Made by a program: the position numbers and the translations under genes. Shown one piece after another: positions 8,453 through 17,743 of a stretch of 32,000 nt of DNA. A model generated the notes under the pieces. The model did no database searches, was not told where the DNA came from, and saw only the letters and a program-made list of their open reading frames with translations. Every line of letters begins with the position of its first letter. The stretch's first letter is position 1. This DNA comes from Promethearchaeota archaeon (GTDB lineage: Archaea; Asgardarchaeota; Lokiarchaeia; Sigyniarchaeales; Promethearchaeaceae). Location: NCBI GenBank assembly GCA_016933055.1, contig JAFGBS010000009.1, forward strand, positions 630,001-662,000, in the 5' to 3' direction.

Positions 8453-9559
8453 TTATAAAGGTATTTTATAGATTAGAGCGTATACAACTGCAGAGAGAAT
8501 ACTTATAACAAAAGATACTATGCTATACAATAATACTCCCTTCCATTTGAAATATTTCGAGTTAGGAACCATAGATACAAAATCATAAGGTTGTCCCATC
8601 ATAAAGGAGAGAGCAGTCGCATTATCCATTCCCTTTAATATAAAAGATCTTGTCATCACAATTTCAACTAAAGTTGGAGTATAAAGTGGTCCTCCCAGGA
8701 GTGCTGCAATCACAATACCTACAAATCCCGTGAAATAAGTAGTAATCCATTCATCTGGAATATATGCTATCAAGAAACTTACAGCAACAAGCCCTAAAAG
8801 CAATCTTGGTAATATATTCTTCATAATATCCAAAGTGAATTTGTAAGCGGTTTCCACACGATCATGGATCGTTTTTTTGACTTCAAATCGCTTAACTTGA
8901 CCAGTTGTTGCATATTGCTTATCGTACTGGTTTCTTAATTCTCTAGAAACTCTTAATCGATCGAATAATATTCCACTTAATACCGCTGCTACAAATGACC
9001 AAGCTAATCTCCATAATCCAAGATTCCATCCGATATATTCTCCCGTCATTAAAATAGTTATGAAGTTTGCAGCGGGTGCCATAAGGAAAAACGTCATTGC
9101 TACACCTAAGCTTGCACCTGAGGCCAAAATACCCACATAAACAGGAATTACTGAACAACTACATGTAACAAAAATGGGAGCTAACAATGCAGCTAAGAGG
9201 TAATGATAAAATTTCCCACCACCCAACCATTTTCTTATGGAAGTTGTAGGAACAAATTCATAAATCACTCCTGAAAGCATGAATGCAAGTAACAATGAAT
9301 TCCATGCATGTTTTATATAATTGATAATATATACATAGGGAATTATGTACCATTCATATGCTGCATAATCTATAGATTCAGTTGGAGGTGTAGTGAATAA
9401 GAGTTTTATTTTGGAATAAATGAAATATCCAACCAGTGCTGCTAAAACTATAAAATAAAATATAGTGTATAGTTTTTTTCTTCGTTCAGCATTAAAATAA
9501 TTCAAAAATCGTTTTTTTAGACTTATTCGTCTTTCATGCATAGTATCTGATACGGCCAT
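8453..9559 (-). CDS. ArsP/DUF318-family permease
   Basis: Multiple TM segments; motifs PIFVTCSCSVIP, GVAMTFFLMAPAAN, GGPLYTPT, ALSFMMG; GAGGAG RBS upstream. Confidence 0.88.
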   Translation of the reverse strand: MAVSDTMHERRISLKKRFLNYFNAERRKKLYTIFYFIVLAALVGYFIYSKIKLLFTTPPTESIDYAAYEWYIIPYVYIINYIKHAWNSLLLAFMLSGVIYEFVPTTSIRKWLGGGKFYHYLLAALLAPIFVTCSCSVIPVYVGILASGASLGVAMTFFLMAPAANFITILMTGEYIGWNLGLWRLAWSFVAAVLSGILFDRLRVSRELRNQYDKQYATTGQVKRFEVKKTIHDRVETAYKFTLDIMKNILPRLLLGLVAVSFLIAYIPDEWITTYFTGFVGIVIAALLGGPLYTPTLVEIVMTRSFILKGMDNATALSFMMGQPYDFVSMVPNSKYFKWKGVLLYSIVSFVISILSAVVYALIYKIPL

Positions 9560-9572
9560 GGAATTGTCTCCT

Positions 9573-9845
9573 CTATTTAAGAAAATGCTCTAATATTTTT
9601 TCTACAATGCTCTCAGTGGGAATACTACCCTCATGTACTATTGTATCTTGAATTATGATACATGGTGGTAACATAGGTCCGTATTTACTAATTGATTCAG
9701 GTCGTGAGATGTTAATATGGTCAAAATCTATATGGACATCGGGAAACTTTTTTTCCACTACTTTTTTTACAACATCTCTAGTTTTACTACAATTTATACA
9801 ATAGGTGTCTAATCCACCACCAATTATAATTGTCAACTCTTTCAT
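9573..9845 (-). CDS. Small redox-active disulfide protein (thioredoxin family, MTH895-like)
   Basis: CINC motif, KYG..LPPCIII.D.IVHEGSIP; typical neighbour of DUF318 permeases. Confidence 0.85.
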   Translation of the reverse strand: MKELTIIIGGGLDTYCINCSKTRDVVKKVVEKKFPDVHIDFDHINISRPESISKYGPMLPPCIIIQDTIVHEGSIPTESIVEKILEHFLK

Positions 9846-9908
9846 CGTTTACAATCTCGTTAGGTTTTAAAAATATCACTCATACGATATTTTTTAACCT
9901 ATTTAAAT

Positions 9909-9932
9909 TTTTTTCAAATTGATTTGAAAAAA
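9909..9932. promoter_or_regulatory. Candidate ArsR operator, perfect 11-2-11 inverted repeat
   Basis: TTTTTTCAAAT-tg-ATTTGAAAAAA in the divergent intergenic region; extends to 9902-9938 with one bulge. ArsR/SmtB operators are known to be about 12-2-12 inverted repeats. Confidence 0.65.
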
Positions 9933-9961
9933 TTTAAAAAAATCATTTCATATTCAATACT

Positions 9962-10318
9962 ATGAGTTCACAGAAAGTTGAGAATTGGTTAAAAAATACA
10001 GACAGTGAAAATTCTGTTGAAGGCTATTTATTTGATCTAAATAATAAATTGAAGACTATTCAAAATACTGCAGAATTTGCAGATGATCTAAAGAAATATA
10101 CTGCACTAGGAAACAGCATTCGTTTATCGATATATAAAATTCTTCAACAACAGAATTTGTGTACCTGCGTGTTAGCAGAACTGTTTGATATAAAAGAAGG
10201 AACGATATCTCATCATCTGAAAATATTAGAAAACGCAGGATTAATTTTTGGATTAAAAAGGGGATTCTACACTGTCTATCACACAAAAAAAAACATTATT
10301 GAGGCTTTAGACAGATAA
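9962..10318 (+). CDS. arsR: ArsR/SmtB-family transcriptional regulator
   Basis: ALGNSIRLSIYKIL, LCTCVLAELF (ELCVC-type alpha3 metal site), GTISHHLKILENAGLI; divergent from the permease operon. Confidence 0.9.
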   Translation: MSSQKVENWLKNTDSENSVEGYLFDLNNKLKTIQNTAEFADDLKKYTALGNSIRLSIYKILQQQNLCTCVLAELFDIKEGTISHHLKILENAGLIFGLKRGFYTVYHTKKNIIEALDR

Positions 10319-10323
10319 AAAAA

Positions 10324-10330
10324 GAGGTGA
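10324..10330 (+). promoter_or_regulatory. Shine-Dalgarno GAGGTGA for pruA
   Basis: Archaeal-type anti-16S complement, 6 nt upstream of the in-frame CTG at 10337. Confidence 0.7.
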
Positions 10331-10336
10331 AAACTG

Positions 10337-11968
10337 CTGTCATATGGAAGATTTACAATTAGAGAACCGACAAATGAACGTGTTTTAGAGTATATTCCGA
10401 AATCATGGGAGCGAATTACTCTGAAACGTGAATTGGAAATCTTAAAGAAAAAACCCATAAATTTACCTTTAATTATTGGTGGTGAAGAAATCACAACAGA
10501 AACACAGATTGAAATTCGTTCTCCTCATGATCATTCATTAATATTAGGGAATGCGTCCCAAGCAACAAAAAAACATGTTTCTGACGCAATTAAATCCGCT
10601 CTATCAACTAAATTAGAATGGATGGAATATTCATGGGATGAAAGAGCTGCAATATTTCTAAAAGCAGCGGAGTTACTAGCGGGGTCATATCGAATAAAAA
10701 TGAATGCTGCAACGATGCTTAATCTAAGCAAGAACCCTCATCAAGCAGAAATCGATAGTGCTTGTGAACTAATTGATTTTCTACGCTTTAATACATATTT
10801 TATGTATAAAATCTATGGAGAGCAACCTAATAGTCCTAAATCGCAATTCAACCGATTGGAATATCGTCCATTAGATGGTTTTGTCTTTGCAGTTACCCCC
10901 TTTAATTTTGTTTCCATAATGGGTAATCTACCCTCGGCTCCCGCAATCATGGGAAATGTAGTTTTATGGAAACCGGCTTCCAGTGTTATTTATGTTGCTT
11001 ACAAGCTTATGAAATTATTCCAAGAAGCAGGACTCCCTGATGGAGTGATCAATTTCATTCCAGGAAGGGGTTCTATTGTAGGAGATACGATATTAGAAAA
11101 TCCGAATTTGGGGGGAATTCATTTCACAGGAAGTACAGAAACATTTGACCATTTATGGCAAAAAGTAGGCGAGAATATAAAAAATTATAACCAATATCCA
11201 AGATTGGTTGGTGAAACTGGGGGAAAAGATTTTATCATCATGCATAGGTCCGCAGATATAAAATCAACTGTAACCGCGATCATTCAAGGTGGTTTTGAAT
11301 ATCAAGGTCAAAAATGTTCTGCGGTTTCACGGGTTTACATTCCAAAAAGTGACTGGAAGGAAGTAAGAGATAAACTAGTGAACTCTCTTAAAGATATAAA
11401 AATCGGACCTCCAGATGAGTTCTCAAATTTCATCAACGCAGTAATTGATAGAAAATCATTTTTAAAGATTCAAGAGTATCTTGAAATTACAAGACAATCA
11501 GTGGATGCACAGATAGTATTTGGAGGAAACACTGACGATAGCAAAGGATATTTCATTGAACCGACCATTATTTTGAGTAAAGAACCGGATTTTAAGACCA
11601 TGGTCGATGAGATTTTTGGACCTATAGTAACAATTTATCTCTATGAAGATAATAAATTTGAGGAAACCTTACGCTTAATAGACAACACATCGAAATATGC
11701 TCTCACAGGATCAGTTTTTGCATCAGATCGAAAGGCAATTGCGGATGCAACAAAGATTTTGCGATATTCTGCAGGTAATTTTTATATAAATAGCAAACCG
11801 ACTGGAGCGGCAGTCAACATGCAACCATTTGGGGGATCTCGTAAGAGCGGTACAAATGACAAGGCCGGTAGTTTTCTAAATTTACTCCGATGGGTATCTA
11901 CGAGAACCATTAAGGAAGAATTCCTACCCCCACAAGACTATTCTTATCCTTTCTTAACTAGGGATTAA
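10337..11968 (+). CDS. pruA: L-glutamate gamma-semialdehyde (delta-1-pyrroline-5-carboxylate) dehydrogenase, ALDH4 type
   Basis: AEIDSACELIDFLRFN, YRPLDGFV.AVTPFNF, WKP, HFTGST, GETGGKDF, FEYQGQKCSA, EIFGP, YALTG, QPFGGSRKSGTNDKAG. Homology-like sequence extends upstream of the TTG at 10433 (GRFTIREPTNERVLEY) to a CTG at 10337, giving 543 aa. Confidence 0.95.
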   Translation: MSYGRFTIREPTNERVLEYIPKSWERITLKRELEILKKKPINLPLIIGGEEITTETQIEIRSPHDHSLILGNASQATKKHVSDAIKSALSTKLEWMEYSWDERAAIFLKAAELLAGSYRIKMNAATMLNLSKNPHQAEIDSACELIDFLRFNTYFMYKIYGEQPNSPKSQFNRLEYRPLDGFVFAVTPFNFVSIMGNLPSAPAIMGNVVLWKPASSVIYVAYKLMKLFQEAGLPDGVINFIPGRGSIVGDTILENPNLGGIHFTGSTETFDHLWQKVGENIKNYNQYPRLVGETGGKDFIIMHRSADIKSTVTAIIQGGFEYQGQKCSAVSRVYIPKSDWKEVRDKLVNSLKDIKIGPPDEFSNFINAVIDRKSFLKIQEYLEITRQSVDAQIVFGGNTDDSKGYFIEPTIILSKEPDFKTMVDEIFGPIVTIYLYEDNKFEETLRLIDNTSKYALTGSVFASDRKAIADATKILRYSAGNFYINSKPTGAAVNMQPFGGSRKSGTNDKAGSFLNLLRWVSTRTIKEEFLPPQDYSYPFLTRD

Positions 11969-11983
11969 ATCCCCGATTTTTAG

Positions 11984-12301
11984 TCATAAATTTCTCTTTT
12001 TTTGATTTGTATTAATAGATTTAAAGGGATTACATTTTGAATTCTGAGAAATAAGTAACACATTTACTAGCTCGTCCTCAAGAATTTCAGAAATTATTAA
12101 AATTTCTTCTTTCTTTACGCTATCCTTTCTAGATTCAAGCCTCTTACAAATGGAAATTAATTCGTTATAAATCCATGAATTCTTTGCAGGATTCTTAATT
12201 CCCTCCCGAATCTCATCTGCATATTCTTTTGAATAAAATCTTAGCAAGTAACTATTTAATAACTGGTTATTTGTTTTCATGCGAACTCGGTTTTTAGTCA
12301 A
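11984..12301 (-). CDS. Small hypothetical helical protein
   Basis: 105-aa ORF filling the intergenic gap, with amphipathic composition; the start may be the later ATG (MKTNNQ). Confidence 0.5.
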   Translation of the reverse strand: MTKNRVRMKTNNQLLNSYLLRFYSKEYADEIREGIKNPAKNSWIYNELISICKRLESRKDSVKKEEILIISEILEDELVNVLLISQNSKCNPFKSINTNQKKRNL

Positions 12302-12458
12302 TCAAGATATAATTTAATATATAATGAGATTAAATTTTTAATGTCATCCCATGGAGCATAATATACGATATAGAAGGAATAGCATTATTCCAGATTCTTT
12401 CTTGTAGAACGGTATAAAACCGAAGATAGGAGCAATAATAAATAATCGCATATCGAAT

Positions 12459-12998
12459 CTACTGATATCCTAATTTTTTCCCAAGTTCGACTATCCGATT
12501 TCCAAGCCCTTTAGTGCTTTCAATTGCATCAGAGTCTATTTTTATGTCACCAGTATTGAAAGCAAATCCCAAAACCCCCCTATTCACGGGAATCATTTCA
12601 TGTTTAAGGAAAAATGCATTAATGGCTGTAATTGCCCCTTCTGCTCCGTATTTTCGTCCAACCACGATAGTTCCCCCCATTTTATTTTGCAAATGACCCA
12701 TTAAGCAATAGGTTCTATCTATGAATTTTTTCATATGCGAAGAAACATTGTTGAAATAAACGGGGGTACCAAGGATTATTACGTCGCTTTTAAGAAGCTC
12801 AGGTATTATCAATTTTTGCATGTCGTCTTCAATAATACATTTGCCCATACCACGACAGTCTCTGCATGCACGACAAGGTTCTATGTAATAATCTGAAAGC
12901 TTGTAAAAAATACCCCCTATCAAAGATCTTAATGCTTCTAATAAATAATCTGTATTACTATTTTTTCGTGGGCTTCCAGAAACGTACATAATGTCCAT
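12459..12998 (-). CDS. Iron-sulfur flavoprotein (Isf) / flavodoxin-family NADPH-dependent FMN reductase
   Basis: GSPRKNSNT, CxxCxxCx5C (CRACRDCRGMGKC), IEDDM, GTPVYF, MKKFIDR. Confidence 0.92.
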   Translation of the reverse strand: MDIMYVSGSPRKNSNTDYLLEALRSLIGGIFYKLSDYYIEPCRACRDCRGMGKCIIEDDMQKLIIPELLKSDVIILGTPVYFNNVSSHMKKFIDRTYCLMGHLQNKMGGTIVVGRKYGAEGAITAINAFFLKHEMIPVNRGVLGFAFNTGDIKIDSDAIESTKGLGNRIVELGKKLGYQ

Positions 12999-13332
12999 AT
13001 TTTATCAGATAGCTATGTAATTTTTTAATTTTTTTGGATTTACGACCATATAAATAAAAGAAGACTTTTCCCTGCATAAGAATGTATAAAGAGGAATAAT
13101 CACTTCCAATTCAACATGAAGAAGTTCGAAAAAGGTTCAAAAAATGGTGAGAGTAATCTGGATGTCTCAAGTAATTGAAGATTGGGAGCAAATCACAAGT
13201 TATATCGGTCCTAATCACATACAGATGTTTTAAATGAGAAAATACGACATTTGGGTATTTCTTTCTTAAAAATCACTGACGACTGAAATTTATGCAAGAT
13301 CAAGCTTGAATTTAGAAAAATATAAAGTATTT

Positions 13333-14460
13333 TTATCTTTGTTCCCATAATCTAGATATTTTTAGAGCTTTTTCCTTTCCTGATTGAAAAATTTTCCTAA
13401 TTTCAGGAATCAGTTTCAAATTTTGGAGGTCCTCCATTTTTGAAGACATTGAAACTGTGATCAAATCCGTTAGGAACATAATCGCCATCTGTGCTCGTGT
13501 GTCTGCGTCAGCGCTTGAATTATGGGGTATAAAGATAAATTTCAATTCTGGATTCCGATTTTGAATTTGTCTAAATCTGTCTAACGTAATATTATCTATT
13601 GGTTCTTGTTCAAACACATCGAACACTAAATTTATTGAGACCACATCTTTCTCCATTAAATTTAATAAATCGTCAAAATTAATGATGTCACCTCTTGCAG
13701 TGTTTACCAATAATGCTCCTTTTTTCATCAGTTTTAACAACTTTGCATTAATTATATGGTAAGTCGAATTCGACAAAGGTATATGTAATGAAATTATATC
13801 GGATTGAGTAAAAATTTCTTCCAAGGAACTGACAAATTTAAGGTTCGGATAATCAATTTCAAATTCTAATTGTTGGTTAATATCATAATACAGAATTTTT
13901 ACACCCCATGGATACAATCTTTTAGTAACTTCTTTGCCAATTTCACCCATTCCAACAATACCAAGCATAAGATTATCTAGTATCGCACTCAAATTTTCAT
14001 CGAGATCCCACTTATGACTGGCTTTCCACTCACCATTCCATACAAAATTATGTAATCCAACAATATTTCGAAGATTTGATAAGATTGCTGCAATAGCAAA
14101 ATTTGCAACAGTATTATGAAGAACTCCTGGAGTATGTGTTATTATGACACCAGGTTCTTGTGAGATATGATTATACCCTGCAGTACATGTACAAACTGCA
14201 ACTATATTTGAGTTTTGAAGCATTTTAGAAGTAATAGGATGACTAAGGTGGCATCCCAGAATTTCTGCCCCCCAATTTTGTATAGCATCTGTAATCTCTT
14301 CCTCTGAGGGAAATCGAGTTCCAGATATCTTGAGTTCTGTTACTCTTTTTAGTTGATCCCATAATTCGGTAATCTTTTGTTTTTTCTCATCCGATACTTT
14401 TGGATGTTCTGCAATCTCGCGAAAAACGGGAGATGTTAAGTAACACTTCAATTTTTTCAT
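13333..14460 (-). CDS. D-isomer-specific 2-hydroxyacid dehydrogenase (glyoxylate reductase-like)
   Basis: TAGYNHI, THTPGVL, GIVGMGEIG, DIISLHIP, LVNTARG, DVFEQEP, PHN. Confidence 0.92.
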   Translation of the reverse strand: MKKLKCYLTSPVFREIAEHPKVSDEKKQKITELWDQLKRVTELKISGTRFPSEEEITDAIQNWGAEILGCHLSHPITSKMLQNSNIVAVCTCTAGYNHISQEPGVIITHTPGVLHNTVANFAIAAILSNLRNIVGLHNFVWNGEWKASHKWDLDENLSAILDNLMLGIVGMGEIGKEVTKRLYPWGVKILYYDINQQLEFEIDYPNLKFVSSLEEIFTQSDIISLHIPLSNSTYHIINAKLLKLMKKGALLVNTARGDIINFDDLLNLMEKDVVSINLVFDVFEQEPIDNITLDRFRQIQNRNPELKFIFIPHNSSADADTRAQMAIMFLTDLITVSMSSKMEDLQNLKLIPEIRKIFQSGKEKALKISRLWEQR

Positions 14461-14476
14461 TGATTATATACCAAAT

Positions 14477-15187
14477 TCATTCTGATTCTACTTTATTTCT
14501 TAGAGTACCTATATTTTCGATTTTCACCTCAATAAAATCTCCAGGAGATAATGATCCAACACCCGAGGGTGTCCCTGTAGCGATTATATCTCCCGGATAA
14601 AGAGTGAAATACTTAGAAATATACTCTATAATAATGTCAACCTTGAAAAACATTTCAGAAGTGTTAGTTTTCTGAACTTCTCGGTTATTTAGCAGTGTTG
14701 TTAATATCAAGTCATTGGGATCATCTATATCTTCTTGCAGAACTAATTGAGGGCCGATTGGACCAAATGTATCAAGACTTTTAGACATAAACCAAGGCCA
14801 TGATTTCTCACGTAGATGCAGCTGAAAAGCCCTCGCAGTTACATCATTAAAACATGTATACCCTAAAACAAATTCCTTATAATGCTCTTTAGAAATATTT
14901 TTTCCCCGTTTTCCCATAATTACTGCAAGTTCTCCTTCATAATCCACTTGATCTAGCCCTATTTTGTGCAAAATTTTTGGATATAATATCTTTGAATCAT
15001 TTCCAATCAATACGTTAGGAGTTTTTGGGAATAAAAGAGGTGTTTTAGGGGGATCTTTCGGTACTTTTCTCTTACCTTCAGTTGATTGTATTGGATAATT
15101 AAACCCAAGACATAGTATTTTTGACGGATTTACACTATAATTGCTTGAATTATGCGCAATTGGCAGTTCAATTTTATTTTCATTCAT
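14477..15187 (-). CDS. Fumarylacetoacetate hydrolase family protein
   Basis: KILCLGFNY, DYEGELAV, GYTCFNDVTAR, KSLDTFGPIGP, PGDIIATGTPSGVG. The ATG at 15187 fits the GGAG RBS spacing better than the one at 15196. Confidence 0.93.
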   Translation of the reverse strand: MNENKIELPIAHNSSNYSVNPSKILCLGFNYPIQSTEGKRKVPKDPPKTPLLFPKTPNVLIGNDSKILYPKILHKIGLDQVDYEGELAVIMGKRGKNISKEHYKEFVLGYTCFNDVTARAFQLHLREKSWPWFMSKSLDTFGPIGPQLVLQEDIDDPNDLILTTLLNNREVQKTNTSEMFFKVDIIIEYISKYFTLYPGDIIATGTPSGVGSLSPGDFIEVKIENIGTLRNKVESE

Positions 15188-15887
15188 TTTTGGCATCTCC
15201 TATTATAGAAACAAAGGAATCTTTATCTGCATCATATTTTGCATAGGAGTCAATTGGGAATGCTGACTCAAGGAGAATGTATTTATTTTTCTTGGAAACT
15301 TCTAATTTTTCACCCTGATTACTTTCGGTCTGTTCTCGATTGAGTTGATTAAAAAAATTATTCCTTATTTTCATATATTCGTTCAAATCCTCTTCCTCCA
15401 ATAAATGCATATTATAGCGAATAGGATTAGATTTCCAGTAGGATGAGGATTTTTTTTTTATTTGAATATCTGAAGATTCGAGATTTTTTTCTAGAAATTG
15501 GTACAAGAAAAAAACATGAGTGAAAATTTCTCGAAGTAATCCAATCGTAAGTAGATCCCTTCTGAAAAATAACTGTTCGAGCTGCTCTTTATTATCTGGA
15601 TTTATTTTGAGAGCATGTTCCAATTCGATATTAAATATCTTCAAGAAATTTGGATGATAAACATAATACTTACCAATTCGTTGAATTACTCCTAATTTTT
15701 CGAATTTCTTTACGTGATGGAGTATAGTTGATTTAGATCTACCGATTTGTTCACTCAATTCTGTTAGGGTCATTTTTCGATTTATCAACATTAGAAGCAG
15801 CCCCCTAAGTCTTGTTTCATTTGCTGATAATTTCATTACTCTATTATGCATTTTCAATTCTTGAATTAGATCAAACGATTTCGACAT
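15180..15887 (-). CDS. Winged-helix (ArsR-like) transcriptional regulator with C-terminal domain
   Basis: ETRLRGLLLML..RKMTLTELSEQIGRSKSTILHHVKKFEKLGVI wHTH; embedded in the catabolic gene run. Confidence 0.82.
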   Translation of the reverse strand: MSKSFDLIQELKMHNRVMKLSANETRLRGLLLMLINRKMTLTELSEQIGRSKSTILHHVKKFEKLGVIQRIGKYYVYHPNFLKIFNIELEHALKINPDNKEQLEQLFFRRDLLTIGLLREIFTHVFFLYQFLEKNLESSDIQIKKKSSSYWKSNPIRYNMHLLEEEDLNEYMKIRNNFFNQLNREQTESNQGEKLEVSKKNKYILLESAFPIDSYAKYDADKDSFVSIIGDAKNE

Positions 15888-15933
15888 TGATTCAAATCCT
15901 CGTATAATATTAAAAGATGGACGGTTATTGTTT

Positions 15934-16245
15934 TTATATTGGGATATTAATTAATACTAACGGTCCATATTGTTGACCTGCATAGTTATCACCATCACAT
16001 ATATCTCCTTGAAAAAAGGGACGTGGCATGGAAATCTTAATTGTATGTGCAATATCATAATAATAAATCTTAATCAGATCACTCTTTATGTTGTATAAAT
16101 CACTAAACAATTTTGTTGTGAAAAATCCGGTTGTTATCACCTTATCATAGATTTCCTTTGATGGAAACATTATGTCAATGGTCATGATAAATGGTCCCGC
16201 ATTTTTTGACCGGACTACCTTTGCTAGTTCTCCTAAAGTCGTCAT
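15934..16245 (-). CDS. DUF4387-family protein
   Basis: LGELAKVVRSKNAGPF.MTIDI.F, IKISMPRP...GD..D.D.YAGQQYGPL; GAGGAGG RBS; directly follows the AtuA-family gene, the usual pairing. Confidence 0.9.
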   Translation of the reverse strand: MTTLGELAKVVRSKNAGPFIMTIDIMFPSKEIYDKVITTGFFTTKLFSDLYNIKSDLIKIYYYDIAHTIKISMPRPFFQGDICDGDNYAGQQYGPLVLINIPI

Positions 16246-16247
16246 CC

Positions 16248-17618
16248 TCAAACCTCCTCATAGCTGAACCTAAACATTTCAAATGGATCATCGGGTTCAA
16301 CAACGTGATTGACATTAAATCGATAAACGGGTCCCTTCTCAATTTCTGGAGGGGAAAAGGGATATGCAATTGTACTTATAATGCCTTCCCATTCCGGAAT
16401 TGGAAGATGAGCAGAAATATGAGCGACAAATTTTGAAATTTCGGTAGCAAGTTCCTGACTCTGAGCTGTTATTGTAATTAATAATCCCACTTCATGACCC
16501 ACTTGATCTTTAAGAGGTTCCATGGGACCCATTACACCATTTTTCCCATATACGCGAAAATGTATTGAGAAATCATCTTTTTTTAGTCCGGGAAACATTT
16601 TTGGAACTTTTTCCCCAAAATAGGCATCTGCTAATTTGAATAAGCTATCTAATTGCTTTATGATGTAAGGGTCTCGAATTCCTCCAATAATTACCGTTTG
16701 GTATCCAACTAATTCAGCCCCTTCTAATTTGATCGTGTAAGTTTCTTTCCTAAATTCTGATCCCTTCACAATCACTGAACGATTATCTTTTGCTTGATAT
16801 TCACAATTCTCAGTCACTATCGTTCCTTCAGGTTCACGAATCTCAAACGGGCTTAAATTTTCATATAAGGTATGGGCTGCAATCGTTAATGGGGTTACTT
16901 TTAAATCGAGATCAAGAGGTTCAACTTCAAATTCTGTATCCCGTATACGCACAAACATGCTATCAGCTGCGGGAACTACTGCACAAGCTGCGCCACATTC
17001 GATTGTTTTTGCCATATGCCACGTAAGCCCAGGATCTGCGCCCATTCGCAGCGGAACTACTGCAAACAAGGATGTATCTGTCGCTCGCCCTGCAAGTATC
17101 ACATCCGCTCCTTCAGATAATGCTCGATTCAATTGTTCATATCCCATCACTCCAACAATTCGAGCGCTCTTATTAATTGTTTCTTCAGTATATTCAAATT
17201 CAGGAAATAATGGTTTAATTTTTCCTTCTCCTAATTTTTGTTTAAGGTAGGTTTTATCTTGGTCAGCTTTAATCAGTGCTATTTTAAAGTGGAGATTTTC
17301 TTCTTTGGCAATTTCGATAACTATGTCACGCATCCAATCTACAGCTACGTCAGATCCGCTGGTACCACAGGATCCAATAATGAGTGGCACTTTAAGTTCA
17401 TCTCGACCAAGAAGAATTAAACGTGTGTCTCGCTTGATTGCAGATCGAGCAGGCTTCGCTATTCCTGTCCCTAAGGCATATGCTCCCGAATCTGTGGACC
17501 CCGCATCACATGCAATCACATGTGGATTCAGTTTGATACCTCTTTCAAAGGATTCCTCCTTAAACCCGGTTCCGATATTACCATTAGGACCTAATACCCT
17601 TATTTCCATCTTTATCAA
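16248..17618 (-). CDS. Acyclic terpene utilization AtuA-family (DUF1446) protein
   Basis: DAGSTDSGAYALGTG, IIGSCGTSG, GADVILAGRATD, KTIECGA, AHTLYEN, IKLEGA...GYQT..IGGIRDP. The start may be the ATG of MEIRVLG. Confidence 0.9.
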   Translation of the reverse strand: MIKMEIRVLGPNGNIGTGFKEESFERGIKLNPHVIACDAGSTDSGAYALGTGIAKPARSAIKRDTRLILLGRDELKVPLIIGSCGTSGSDVAVDWMRDIVIEIAKEENLHFKIALIKADQDKTYLKQKLGEGKIKPLFPEFEYTEETINKSARIVGVMGYEQLNRALSEGADVILAGRATDTSLFAVVPLRMGADPGLTWHMAKTIECGAACAVVPAADSMFVRIRDTEFEVEPLDLDLKVTPLTIAAHTLYENLSPFEIREPEGTIVTENCEYQAKDNRSVIVKGSEFRKETYTIKLEGAELVGYQTVIIGGIRDPYIIKQLDSLFKLADAYFGEKVPKMFPGLKKDDFSIHFRVYGKNGVMGPMEPLKDQVGHEVGLLITITAQSQELATEISKFVAHISAHLPIPEWEGIISTIAYPFSPPEIEKGPVYRFNVNHVVEPDDPFEMFRFSYEEV

Positions 17619-17743
17619 TCACAATTCCTTTCATAAATTTATAAACATTTCGAACTTTTTTCAAAGATATTTAAAGAGATAGAACAGATTTATATAGGAT
17701 TAGGATAGATAAAAAATTAGCTTTATATCATGGTGAATAAGGT

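Noticed and set aside
7682-9845. Possible selenocysteine (in-frame TGA) in the redox motifs of the thioredoxin, permease and DGC genes
   Set aside because: The CINC, TCSC, TCGC and DGC motifs translate as Cys in open frames; no read-through TGA is needed.
13090-13235. Short overlapping frames (e.g. MVRVIWMSQVIEDWEQITSYIGPNHIQMF) that might be a gene remnant
   Set aside because: Under 30 aa, and I cannot assign them to a family.
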